A stretch of DNA of 57,580 nucleotides, counting the filler, from Sphacelaria rigidula (Eukaryota), in NCBI GenBank assembly GCA_964200075.2. It is 8 parts of 8 records of this genome, joined end to end, with 100 filler letters (N's around TTAATTAATTAA, not from the genome) between each part and the next. Parts side by side here need not be neighbours in the genome. Positions count along the whole stretch, not along the records: positions 36,052 to 43,161 come from CAXNAA020016436.1; positions 43,262 to 50,371 come from CAXNAA020016437.1; positions 50,472 to 57,580 come from CAXNAA020016438.1; 5 more parts are not named here. One strand, 5' to 3'. The translations under genes and the position numbers were made by a program. This document shows positions 38,391 to 50,710 of this stretch, piece after piece. Each line of letters opens with the position of its first letter. The first letter of the stretch is position 1. The notes under the pieces are model-generated. The model searched no databases. It was not told the DNA's origin and saw only the letters and a list, made by a program, of their open reading frames with translations.

Positions 38391-38482
38391 AAATCGGAGG
38401 TGATCAGCAAGTCTGTAGACAATACTTCTCCCGACTTCTCCAACTACCTCGGGTGGTGCACGTGGGACAGCTTCTACACAAG
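38391..38482 (+). CDS. GH36 gene, exon with the GWCTWD motif
   Basis: KSEVISKSVDNTSPDFSNYLGWCTWDSFYT is the hallmark GWCTWDAFY motif of Sip1/raffinose synthases. The ORF track does not show it because it has no start codon. Confidence 0.9.
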
Positions 38483-41278
38483 GTATAGACGGCATGCGAC
38501 AATTTTTTTTCCTGGATTCATATGTACATACCCTTTACTACGGAAGCTGTTGTTGAGGTGACGGAAACAGGTGAGGCTTAAGCAATACACCGATTTCCAG
38601 CAGCAGCTGCCTGTTTTAACAGATGGTCCTAGGTGGTGCGACGCGAGTCAGTGATGCAATTGAGCAGTACGATTTGCCATGCACACAGTACAGCAGGCGG
38701 TCTCGATCGGCGGTTTTTCGGTTGCCTGTGAAAATTATCTCAACCGTTTCTCTTCAACCACCGCTGTCTTCAAATATGTCCGAGCCCCGAGATGTCGCTG
38801 GAGTCGTGAACTCACGGCACTTAGACCACCAGAACCGGGGACTTGTTTCGCACGGGCGAACTCTTGAAAAAGAGACGGGAAAAGATGCACGGGGACTTGA
38901 GCGATCATCGCCGCTGTTATGGCATTGACCCGACGATCGTGATTCACTGCACTTTCTTTTTTTCACTGTGTGGCGTCATGCGATCGGCAGGATCATGTGT
39001 TTTTTTCATTTGTACATCGCGGATATCAACCTCCGTGGAGCTCAGCACATGGCTTGTTGTTCCTCTGGTGCTCGAGTGCTCGAGTTGCGGGGCGTCGTAA
39101 GTGTGTGTGCTTCACGCGTTTCGCTCTCCCCGCCAGCTCACGTCTATTAAGTGTGGCGATAACGCTTGATGACAAGCCCATCCAGTGCTTGGGTCCATCT
39201 GCACACGTCCACAGGTATATGCTACGGCGTAGCACACTCTCTCTTGTCAGCATGAATTTGTTTCACCTTGTGTCCCAGTCTCAAGACTTTATCAGCCCCA
39301 TCTTTCCTGTCCTACAAAGTGACAAAACCGAAGCGTTACTTGATATTCTACCGTCCACGCCGCAAGGTGCCCTATTCGTGACTGTCGTTTCGGTGTCTAT
39401 CACTGAAGAAATCCAGCCGCAGCGCCCCGAACAAATGGTGAGATGATGAAGCCAGGTCTGCTCACCATATGACGAGTCGTTTCCCCGGCCACATCCCGTA
39501 CAGGGAGACAACAGTGATACATTAAAGTATGGTCTTCTACACTCGATTTGCGCGTTTCGAATGCTGTCCTAGCCCGATACACTTTGCCGACCGACACAAG
39601 AGCCTTCTGTTCTACCACTGCGTTGTGTGATCATGAGAACGCTCTGAAAACAAGCTACTTTTCCAAGCGGTGTGCGCGCTCTTTGTGGAGCATTTTCGGT
39701 GTCTGCGAGGCGCTCGAATTTGGTAGTTTGCACGAAACACGGCACAGTAGTGGATGCTTTAACAAATTGGACGCCAGACACAACGAGCAAGTGCATGTCT
39801 CACAATGCTCTACACCACCAACTAACTGATCCACACAGTCTTCGCACATACGACAAAACAGCACAGACGGTCATCGATGTCGACTGAATACCTCCGCGGT
39901 AGGTTCCATCCTGCGTGTACAGTCTGTCCTGGCTCCTGCTGGTGCGCATTTACCTTGCCCAGGCACCACATCCCACGGCATCAAGGCTGAAAAGTATTCG
40001 TGAGAGTCATGAATAGCACAAGTGCAGAAGTGAGAAGATGCAGAGATTTATCAACACGCACCGGTGGCAGCAACGAGCATAAGACGAGCGAGCGCCGTTC
40101 GGTGCCCTCGCGTGCTACTACTGACTGTATGCCGCGTAAGTCGAGTACGGGTATGGGTTTGCTCGGTAAGCAAGAGTTGTACAAGATCAACCGCGTTGGC
40201 GCAACTCTTCGGCGCAAATCGTTGTACTACTGTACTGTCTGTAGGTGGTCCTACTCCTACAATACTGCAGCAGATGGCGCGGCAGGTTGATTGTACAAGA
40301 AGGACATTACTTATAGGCCGGAGCACTTACAGAGCGGCGTCCCTTGACGTATCTTACGGCTGTGTCACAGGTTACTACGAGTTACATACGCCAGTGAAAC
40401 CACATTCAAGACAAGTGAACAACCCTGTCACGAAAGAATGGACGAAAGAACTGTACAAGAGAGCAGGAGGTTTGCACGCAGTCGGTATACTTTATTGTAT
40501 GCAATCTAGAGAACGATGTAGATATTTGAAGCTCAGGAGCGCACAATTCCAAACCCCTTCTATTTCCTCTTCACCCCCCCTTGCGTTCCAATCGTTGGCA
40601 TCAACTCATAAGGTATGGGTTGACGGAGTCTTGAGGGCGGCAAAACATCTTCCCAAGATGCGGCGCAATTTACTGTCTAGGTTCAGACACAGGAACCGTA
40701 CCCTCCACTACTACTACTGTACAGTGTACTGTACTGTACTGTTGTACTGTTGTGAAATCAACTTGTTTTGCTCGTGAGACATCTGACACAGTGCAGACTA
40801 GGGCGAGGCATAACACAGCACAGCACAGCACAGCACAGCATAGTCGAACACATGTAAGCTTCGAGTGCGGCATGAAAAAGAGGTCAGTATGGACCCCTCG
40901 CAGCAAGCTGGTGTTATCTTCACGACTACCATCGCTTCTACAGTGTGCAGAAGTGCTGGCATTCTCAAGCAGTACAATGATGGTTGGGGCGATCGATCGA
41001 TGGATCCATGACGATCGAGTGGCGCGCATGGGAAATCGTACTGTCTGTGCTGACGAAAGAAACAGGATATCTCCTCCGATGATACACTCAGTGCGTTTAG
41101 TTTGATTCAGTCACTGGATCATGCTCTAGATGATGTACCGTGGCATGGATCGTACTCGCATCCTGTACGATGTTGTGCGCACGAAGCAAAGAAAGTGGGT
41201 GATGTCGCGTATGACAAGATGGATCCTTCCTACAGAGGAGAACTTACACTTCTATCTCACAGTCTGTGTACAAAAAAG

Positions 41279-41628
41279 AGTATAATGCTGCTATCGTAAA
41301 AGTCAGTCAGCTCAACACTCTTCATCATCACTCAACATCGTCGTGTTCGATTGGTAGACAACAGACCACGGGGTTTTCAAAACGATGGTGCATAGCAACT
41401 CCGAGCATGTCCATTGCGTTCTGGCGGTAATGGCTCTTCTGAGTTCATTTTCATGATGAGTGGATGATTTCCTACACATGAGGAAACGCGAGGGCCCCAA
41501 ATACCTTGTTACATCTTCGCGTGAATCCCAGTCTGACCCATAAATGAAACATGATGTAGAGCTTATTACCCGTAGCTGGCGCGTAGCGTCATCGCAGCAC
41601 CATTCCCTACACAGCACCAATACAAGTA
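41279..41628. repeat. ~350-bp direct repeat, copy 1
   Basis: Highly similar to 42676-43025. Confidence 0.9.
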
Positions 41629-41652
41629 GCAGTAATCCTCCATTAATAACAG

Positions 41653-42663
41653 GCGTGTTCACCAGGATTCCACGTCAATTCTTTCAAATTCTTCTCCAGT
41701 TGGATTTGGGGTTGGGGTTAGACCATCTTTTATGGCAACCAATCCGTATATTTGTACAAATATTATGAGGATTTCAGCCCGTTTAGGCCGTTTCTTCCGG
41801 TTCGTATTTCGTTTGGCTCGTATTTTGTTTGGCTCGTATTTTCCACTTGTAGGACATTTGACAAGGTTTTTCACCCCCTGACAGGAAAAATCGCCACCAC
41901 ACGTCTTGGACACTTTGTATCACCCCACCGAGAGGAGCCTGACCTACAGACTGTGTTTCCCTCGTACTTTTGTCCAGAGGTCGCTCTCGAAATCTCTGAC
42001 CCAAGCGAATCGGAAAAGTGGGCTAGGCTCCTCTCGGTGGGGTGATTCAAAGTGTCCAAGACGTGTGGTGGCGATTTTCCCTACTTAGGGGTCAAAAACA
42101 CAAAACCTTGTCAAATGTCCTAAAAGTGGAAATACGAGCCTAACAAAATACGAACCGGAAAAAACGGCCTTACAGGCGATTTTCTCCAGTGCGTGGATTG
42201 ATTTTTCGGACCCCAGTCCGTTGGGCAATGTTTTTCGGCTATTATAGCTGTGAGAAAACCACATCAATTCTCCGTTTCTCTGGATGTTGACGTATTTTGG
42301 TTTCATCACCTCTCTGCTCAGATCGGGATACTCTCGCATCTCTCCCTAAATCGGGGGCCCAAACAGGGGCAGATGCGAGAGTGTCCCGATCTGAGCATAG
42401 AGGTGATGAAACCACAAGTCAACGTCCAGAGGAACAAAGAATTTATCTGGTTTTCTCAGGGGTACAGTAGCCGAAAAACGTTGCCCAACAAACTGAGGTC
42501 CGAAGAATCAAGTCCCGGGAGAAAATTGCCTGTAAACGGGCTGACGTGCTCATATTTGTACAACTACAACGGATTGGGTGCCATACAAAGTGGTCTAACC
42601 CCAACCCCAAATCCAATTGCAGGAGAATTTGAAAGAATTGACATGGAATCCCTGTAAACACGC
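41653..42663. mobile_element. ~1-kb branched foldback element (long TIRs enclosing two internal palindromes)
   Basis: Outer arms of ~135 bp (gcgtgttcaccaggattccacgtcaattctttc... / ...gaaagaattgacatggaatccctgtaaacacgc). Inner hairpins at ~41815-42150 and ~42168-42536. Confidence 0.85.
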
Positions 42664-42675
42664 TACTGTATTATC

Positions 42676-43025
42676 AGTATAATGATACTATCGTAAAAGT
42701 CAGTCAGCTCAACACTCTTCATCATCACTCAACATCATCGTGTCCGATTGGTAGACAACAGACCACGGGGTTTTCAAAACGATGGTGCATAGCAACTCCG
42801 AGCATGTCCATTGCATTCAGGCGGTAATGGCTCTTCTGAGTTCATTTTCATGATGAGTGGATGATTTCCTACACATTAGGAGACGCGAGGGCCCCAAATA
42901 CCTTGTTACATCTTCGCGTGAATCCCAGTCTGACCCATAAATGAAACATGATGTAGAGCTTATTACCCGTAGCTGACGCGTAGCGTCATCGCAGCACCAT
43001 TCCCTACACAGCACCAATAGAAGTA
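42676..43025. repeat. ~350-bp direct repeat, copy 2
   Basis: Highly similar to 41279-41628. Confidence 0.9.
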
Positions 43026-43161
43026 CGAGCTGGACCAGCTGACAAAGATGTGCGAATGTATCCAGGCCGGGCGGTGGGTAGTCCGAAGCGTTGGGCGCCG
43101 AAATTTTGACACAACATTGCCATCATCACTACGCACAACCTTCCCGGGGATGCCAAGAAAA

Positions 43162-43261
43162 NNNNNNNNNNNNNNNNNNNNNNNNNNNNNNNNNNNNNNN
43201 NNNNNTTAATTAATTAANNNNNNNNNNNNNNNNNNNNNNNNNNNNNNNNNNNNNNNNNNNN
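43162..43261. other. Artificial contig-joining spacer
   Basis: N44-TTAATTAATTAA-N44. Confidence 0.98.
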
Positions 43262-44014
43262 TGCAAGACAGATATGCCACTTCAGCCCCATATTTTGTAT
43301 AAACCCCAAAACATAAAATCGGCTGTTAAATGTGCTATGGGTCATTACGCAACTTTTGAGGGTTGATTTTTCTTCAACTTCTTGACTTTTTTCACCTTTT
43401 TTCGGGGGTCCCATTTTCCCGGGGAAACTACGATTCAGTCGGACCCCCGTAAAACAGTGAAAAAAAACTCCCCGTTCATCCAAAGTTGCGTGATTACCCA
43501 TAGCACATTTTGTGCAAAAGTTTAGGGTCTTATAACCCTTTGGGAACCCATTGACGATTCACAAAACAAAAATCGTCAGTGAGTTCCCAACGGGTTTTGA
43601 TGGCGTAGAGGTTTTCGGGTTTGTTTGATGAAACTTGCCGTGCCACGGTGAAATCGCATACTACTAAATTTTAGTATAAAATTAGCGTTCTTGGGCCGTC
43701 GTTGACGCGAACATGAAAATTCAAGCATCAGTTAATCGAGTTTGGCCACGAAACTTTGTGGGACTCTTCCTCGGGTTTTGCAGCGACAAGGCGTTCGCGA
43801 AGAACGAAAACAAAAGTCGTGGTTGCCGGTGCCGCTTTTCCGGGATCCCAGAATGGAGACGACTTCGGAAAAACGACTTGGACCCCGTCGGACCCCCGAA
43901 GAACGGTAAAATAATTGAAATGTAGAAGAGCTTTGTCGATCGAAACTTGCTTGATGACCCATAGCACATTTGTGCAAAGTTTCAGGGTCTAACTCCTAAT
44001 AACTGCGTGAAGGT

Positions 44015-44540
44015 TGTTGAGGAATACGTAGTATACATTGTACTCTGCCAATGAGGTAGACTCACCAGTGGACACGATACTTTGTGAAGTACGTTCCAAG
44101 AATAAGAATTGTTCAAAAAAAAAAACTTCGAGAATAACGGGCGATTAGTACGGGTGATTTCCCTAGCGAGCGGGTGATTAGTGCGGGTGACTTCCCCAGC
44201 GACATCTAGAATTCGAGAGACAGGAAGAGCTAGGCAGGCAAGGCAGTCCCCCCTTTGCTCACTTTCTTCCGATTTCCATCCGACTTCTTTTTTTCTAATT
44301 TTCTTCTGACAGCTAGCTCTGCTGTCCACGTCTACTCCTCGGTAGAGCATAGTACGCCGAGGGCATCTCTGGTTAGGGATTGAGAGCCACTGAGGACCAC
44401 CAAGGTTCTCCGATGAAAATAAGACGTTTGAATCATTTCCATCAAGACACGCTGGACTGCTGTCTGAGCATAGTGATTGCTCCAGCGTCTGAGACTGGAA
44501 ACCGTGTCCACATTCGTAAACCACCACAGTTAAGTTAACA
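44015..44540 (+). repeat. 5' LTR
   Basis: tgttgaggaatacgtag...cagttaagttaaca. Confidence 0.95.
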
Positions 44541-44605
44541 CGTTATAATGTTTTTCTTGGCCGCCAACGGAGGTAGCCGCTAGCTTACTGGTCTTCGCGG
44601 ATATC

Positions 44606-47600
44606 ATGGCCAGATGGCATCGCGTGCGAGCAAAGGAGGCACGACTGAGTTCCTGCAGGCGATGCAAGCAATATTGCAGCAACATTAGCAGCAGCAACAA
44701 CAACAACAGCAGTTTCGGCAACAGCTTCTCCTACAGGTGCAACAACAGAGTCAGCAACAGCTGCAACAGCAGCAACAGCAACAACAGGAACATCATCAGC
44801 GACAGCAACGCAGCAATATACACAAGAGCCAGGGTCCACACCACTACGCCGACCAGACGCAAAAATCGAGTTCCAATATTTCTCGGGTGAAGCTGAGGAC
44901 TGGAGCGACTGGTCCGAAGCGCATAGAGCCCAGGTGACTGCACTGGGCTGCGTTGATGTACTGAACGCCACCGGGGACGACGAACTGGAAGTTGTCCGAG
45001 AGGACTTCGACAACAGAAGCTGCAACCCCATCAAAATGAGCAAAGCAAACCAGGTGTGAGTGTCGGTCATCACTAACTGCAAGGGGATTGCCTAAGAAAT
45101 CATTCAGGATTCAGTCTCACCCAGCCAGGCGTGGAGACGCCTAGTCCAGCACTATCATGCCAGTGGGTACAAAGAGCGCAAGTGTCTCATCGCTCAATTT
45201 TACGGGTTGAAGATGGAGTTCGGAGAGCACCCCCGTAAGTACCTACTCAGAATCACCCGTCTGGTCCGCGAACTCAAACATGTCGGCAGACCGGTCGATC
45301 CCAAGGACGTCGACGTCGTGATCATCTCAGGGCTGTCCAACCAATACGACGCCGAAGTCCGCATGCTCGAAAGTTCCGCATGCTCGAAAGTTCCGCAAAC
45401 TGGCCCGGCCGAGACTGGATTGAACGCACAATCATGAAGCAGTACGATCGCCTGGAGAATGAGAAGAGGGATGCTGGCTCGCACGCCCTCGTCACCGTTA
45501 AGACATTGGACGGTGGCGACAAACGTGGCCTATTCTGCGTCCTCTATTTCAAGCCTGGATATGACCCTTCCACGTGCCGCAAGCACAAAATCATTGTTCG
45601 TGATAGGGAAGAAGAGTGATGCAACCATGGGGGCAACAGCCATGCCGGAAGACGGAACACCACCCGTGGCAAGAACAACGCAAGCGGCCAGGATGGCCTC
45701 GCGGACACAATCCCTCACGACGAAGATTCGAAAACATCACCACGGGATGTTACTACTGCGAGGGCCCACACACAAATCTTCTGAATGCCCCAACCATCCG
45801 AAGACGCCATGAACGTCGGGAAATCGTCAGAAGAGTTTTATGGTAAAGAGCATAGCACCCTAGGCGCTGGACTGATTGCTTATATGTCCAAGGCAGGCAA
45901 TTGACTCGTCGAAGAAAACAAGGATGAAGAACTCTGGGTGGCGGACAGTGGATCAACTGAACACCTTGGGTCAAACCCCGCACACCTTCACGAATACCAG
46001 CTTGCTTCCCCTTCCGACCAAGTGGAAACTGCGGACGGCAAGCTCCTACGCGTGACAGGCTATGGGCGTTTACAACTCCTCGTCGACCAAGGGTGTGGGG
46101 ACGTCACCGGAGCTACGGAAGAACTCAAGCTAGCACGAGTCGCTCACGTGCCCCAGCTCGGTCAACACAACCTGCTTTCCGCAATAGAGCTATCGAAAGC
46201 TTTCGACGCACCTTTAAGGATCTACCTCGCAGTCGCCATCATTCGTGCGTCATAAGGTGCGCAGTCGATCACATTCCGAAGGCTCCAAGCGAACTCCAAC
46301 CTTCAACAAGTGAAAGTCCGACGACGGTCTGCCGAACCACACAATCACACACAGCACTCATCATCAGCGACGCTAATCAGCTTCAGAACGTCTTCACGCG
46401 ACATAATGGGTTTTCACTGCGCGCTCGGACATCCAGGCGAGGAAATCACTCGCAACACAGCGAAAATGGCTGGGATCCGCCTCACTGGAAAGCGGCAACC
46501 GTGCACCCCCTGCTCGGAAACACGAGTGCGTCGATGTTCGGTGCCAAGAACCACCGAGACGCAGGCCAAGTCACGCGCTGTACAATTCTACGTCGACCTC
46601 GCCGGCCCCTTTACCGAGCCTTCGCTCTCGGGGAACCGCTTCACCATGTTGTGCGTGGACGATTACTGCCGCTTCAAGATCGTCCGTTTTCTCAAGCACA
46701 AGGACCAAGCCGCCGGAGCGCTCGAGGATATCATCGCTTCGCACATTTCGCCAGCCGGCCTCATGATCGGCATTATTTGCACCGATGGAGGTGGCAAATT
46801 TGAAGGAGAATTTCAAGATCTCCTCAACAGCCTAGGCATCAAACACGAAAAGACGCCGCCGCATACACCCCAGTACAACGGAGTCGCTGAACGCGCGCTC
46901 GGCATTCTGCGAAAGAAGATAGTCGCCCTCCTCCGAGGATTTAAAGAAGGAGAAAGCAACCGCCTCTGGGCCGAAGCCATGCGATACGCATGCGAGATGT
47001 CCAAGATGTGCGTCACATCATCCCTCGACCAAGGGGTCACGCCGCACGAACTCTGGTGCGGCGACAAGCCATGACTCTCCGGGACTATTCCGTCTAGCAC
47101 CGTGGACAACATGCGACGCCACAACCCGCCTAACAAGCTCGCGCCGCGCGGACACAAGTGCATCCTGCTCGGAACGGCCATGGACCATCCTTCACACACC
47201 TACCGAGTGCTCGACTTGACTACTGGATCAGTCGTCCTACGGCAGTCCACCACTTCGCATCCCTTCACTCCTCAGGCGCAAGTGTCCACCTCGGCAAAGC
47301 CGGGGGGAGGGGGGGGAAGGTACAAGCACTCATCTTCGCGCACGCAGCACTCATCATCTTCGCGCAGATCATTCAGCCTGCTGCCGACCATCACGGAAGA
47401 AGACGACACGGAGGAGCCGCCCGGGCAACGAGATGCCAGTGGAACCGGATTTTCCGGGCGAGGTAGATGAACCAGAAGAAGCCGGTACGCAACAACAGCC
47501 AGCCGCCGTAGGAAAACTGGCAGACTATCACACCGGCGAGATACCGCCGATGCTGCCTACCCGGACCCGGAGTGGAGGCCTGACCGCGCTGCTAAGTGTG

Positions 47601-49262
47601 ACACTCAAAGTAGAAACAGCGGCACTCGAGACTAGGAAGGTGGAAGACGCTATGTTCACAGAAGCAGCATCAGTCGTCACTGCGCCACGCGAAGTGCCGG
47701 AGGAGCCGACGACCCTCAAAAAGGCCCAAGAATCTGCGAAATGGCCGCAGCGGCGCGGAGCTTTTCAGCGAGATATGGAAGGACAACTCTCTCGTGGGGT
47801 CTGGACGCCCGTCAACCGACCTCAGGATAGGACCATACTCGGCACAAGACTCGTCTTCAAGAGGAAGCTGAACGAGGACGGAGAAGTCGAGGAATAGAAG
47901 TGTTGGTTCGTCGCCCAAGGTTTTCGCCAGATACCTGGTATTCACTACCAGGAGTCTTCCTCTCCCACACCGGCGCAGTCGAGCATTCGCATGGCACTTG
48001 CGCTCATGGCAACACAGAACTGGGAAGGACGCCAACTAGATGTAGAGATGGCCTACCTCGAAGCGGACGTCGAGGAAGAAATCTACATTGAACTACCCGA
48101 TGGGTACCATCAGTCCAGAAATCAAGTTGAACGCCTCAACAAGGCCATGTACGGCCTGGTGCACGTAGGACTACTATAGTCGAAGAAGTTTGGCCAAGAA
48201 GTGATCCGCAAGGGTTTTGAGAGATCACAAGCCGACCCGTGCGTCTACCGCAAGAAGCGAGAAGGCCGCGAGGCAGTCATCATAGTCGTCTACGTGGACG
48301 ATTTTCTTCTGATCAGCGCCACGAAGGAGGACGAAGAAAGGGTGCTCGAAGATCTGCAACCCAGCTTCCCCATCAAGGACCTGGGGGAAATCTCATACTA
48401 CCTTGGGTGCCACGTCTCCCGGGACCGCAAGGTTGGAACGGTGACTCTTGACCAACGCCAGTACGCGAAGAAAGTAGTCGAGCACTTCGAAATCGTCAAA
48501 ACGAGCAAGATTTCGGTCGCTACTGGAACAGCTGTGCTCTCAAAGGCAGACCGACCAGGGAACAAAGACGAAGTCAACGAGATGCGGGGTATCCCCTATT
48601 GAGAGGCGGTGGGGGCACTGATGTGGATTGCCGCCACGACAAGGCCCGATCTATCCTTTGCAGCACACAATGTCGCCAAGTTCAGCGACAACCCGGGACC
48701 GGCACACCGGAAAGCAGCGATGAAGGTCATGCAGTACCTGAAGCGCACCACAGACTACGGGATCGTGTACGGAGGAACATCGGGAGGCGACACTAAGCTT
48801 TCCGCGTGGGTCGACGCGCACCATGCGACCTGCCCGGATACCAGGCATTCGGTGTCACGAGCAGCGTTCATGCTGGCCAGAGGTGCCATCAGCTGATTCT
48901 CCCGAGCACAGAAACTCACGGCTTCGGCTACATCAGAGTCGGAGTACATCGCGCTCGCAGAAGCAACGAACGAGCTGCGCTTCCTTCGACAGGTCAAACA
49001 ATCTATGTCACCGCCCGCTGATACCAGGATCCCTCTTCACGAGGACAATCAGGGCGCAATAAAAATGGCGAATAACCGCTTTAGTAGTCGAAGGACCAGT
49101 CACATCGACGTCAAACACCACGTCGTCAGGGGCGCCATCGACAGCGACATCATCCGCGTGGAATACGTCAACTCAGGAGAACAACACGCAGACATCCTCA
49201 CCAAAGCATTGGGCGCAAAGACTTTTGAGAGACATCCTCGTTTTCTGATGGATGATTCTTAG
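44606..49262 (+). pseudogene. Copia gag-pol pseudogene
   Basis: Poly-Q N-terminus, gag (IISGLSNQYD), Zn knuckle (CYYCEGPH), protease (WVADSGSTEH), integrase (GHPGE...CTPC, VDLAGP, TDGGGKF, PQYNGVAER), RT (QLDVEMAYL, VYVDDFL) and RNase H (ESEYIA, EDNQGAI, HIDVKHH). Many in-frame stops and frameshifts, e.g. a 17-bp duplication at ~45361. Confidence 0.95.
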
Positions 49263-49318
49263 GATTTCAAAAATTCAGAGATGTTTGTAGCGTGTTCAAA
49301 TCGCTGAGCAGGCGGGGG

Positions 49319-49844
49319 TGTTGAGGAATACGTAGTAAACACTGTACTGTGCCAATGAGGTAGACTCACCAGTGGACACGAGACTTTGTGAAGACATTCC
49401 AGGAAAAAGAGTTGTTCGAGAAATAGAGACTTCGAGAATAACGGGCGATTAGTACGGGTGATTTCCCTAGCGAGCAGGTGATTAATGCGGGTATTTTCCC
49501 CAGCGACATCTAGAAATCGAGAGATAGTAAGAGCTAGGCAGGCAAGGCAGCCCCACTTTTGCTCACTTCCCTGTGAATTCCATCCGTCTTCTTTTTTTCT
49601 GATTTTCTTCTGACAGCTAGCTCTGCTGCCCACGTCTACTCTTCGGTAGAGCATAGTACGCCGAGTACATATCTAGTTAGGGATTGAGAGCTACTGAGGA
49701 TCATCAAGATTCTCCGATAATAATCAGACGTTTGAATCATTTCCATCAAGACACGCTCGACTGCTGTCTGAGCATAGTAATTGCTCCAGCGTCTGAGAGT
49801 GAAAGCCGTGTCTACATTCGTGAACCACCACAGTTAAGTTAACA
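49319..49844 (+). repeat. 3' LTR
   Basis: Same termini and length as the 5' LTR, roughly 10% divergent by eye. Confidence 0.95.
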
Positions 49845-50371
49845 AAGGTTTGCGCGTTTGTGCGAGGACATGAGCTGAAAACGTGCAAACTCCTAAATAC
49901 TTGGTTCTAGTACGAAAACGTCTTTTGGGTGAATTTCACGTCAAGGCAAGGGAAACTGTAGGAGGTTCTCGAGTTTCTCGACCAAACTTTGCATATATAT
50001 ATGTTCCTTTGACTATGCCGGGACGCATCATGTTACTCTTTTTTCTTTTGGGGTGTTCTGTGCCACCTTTCGGGGGTCTTTATACTGGGACCCTCGGAAG
50101 TCTGTAGAGAATGGAGAAACTTTGAAATCTTGCCAATAATACATTTTTCATTTGGAACATCAATACCTACGTAATTGCAAAGTTTGAGGATGATCTGAGC
50201 TTCTCTACACCAAATAAAAGGGGAATCGTCACGAGGCTCCCTGGGTGTTGCGGTCAGTATGATACCATGTATGCGACTATTGGGTGTGTATTGCGGAAGG
50301 CATTTAACAGCCGATTTTATGTTTTGGGGTTCATACAAAATATGGGGCTGAAGTGGCATATCTGTCTTGCA

Positions 50372-50471
50372 NNNNNNNNNNNNNNNNNNNNNNNNNNNNN
50401 NNNNNNNNNNNNNNNTTAATTAATTAANNNNNNNNNNNNNNNNNNNNNNNNNNNNNNNNNNNNNNNNNNNN
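50372..50471. other. Artificial contig-joining spacer
   Basis: N44-TTAATTAATTAA-N44. Confidence 0.98.
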
Positions 50472-50638
50472 TTTTTTAATGTGAAGACAACAACAACAAC
50501 AACAACAACAACAACATAAACCACCTTGGGTTGGTCGCAATGCGAAGTAGCATAACAAGATCATGTAACACGGTGCAGAGGACATTCTCTGACTTGCCGC
50601 ATTACGTGGACTCTTGCCCCCCAACACCTGACGTACAG

Positions 50639-50678
50639 CGCGTCTAAGAGCGATAGCAGCAGCTCAAGCAGCAGCTCA

Positions 50679-50710
<32 letters not shown>

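Larger units (their letters stand above)
44015..49844 (+). mobile_element. Full-length, decayed Ty1/copia LTR retrotransposon
   Basis: Two 526-bp TG...CA LTRs, a perfect AAGGT TSD (44010-44014 and 49845-49849), a PPT at 49306-49318, and domain order gag-PR-IN-RT-RH. Confidence 0.97.
43262..50371. mobile_element. TIR-bounded host element hosting the copia insertion
   Basis: The first ~70 bp of the contig (tgcaagacagatatgccacttcagccccatatt...ttaaatg) are the near-perfect reverse complement of the last ~70 bp. Internal hairpins lie at 43329-43510 and 43536-43600. Confidence 0.7.

Noticed and set aside
7156..50427. TTAATTAATTAA recurring at a fixed period as a biological repeat
   Set aside because: It is embedded in N runs and is a standard six-frame-stop linker.
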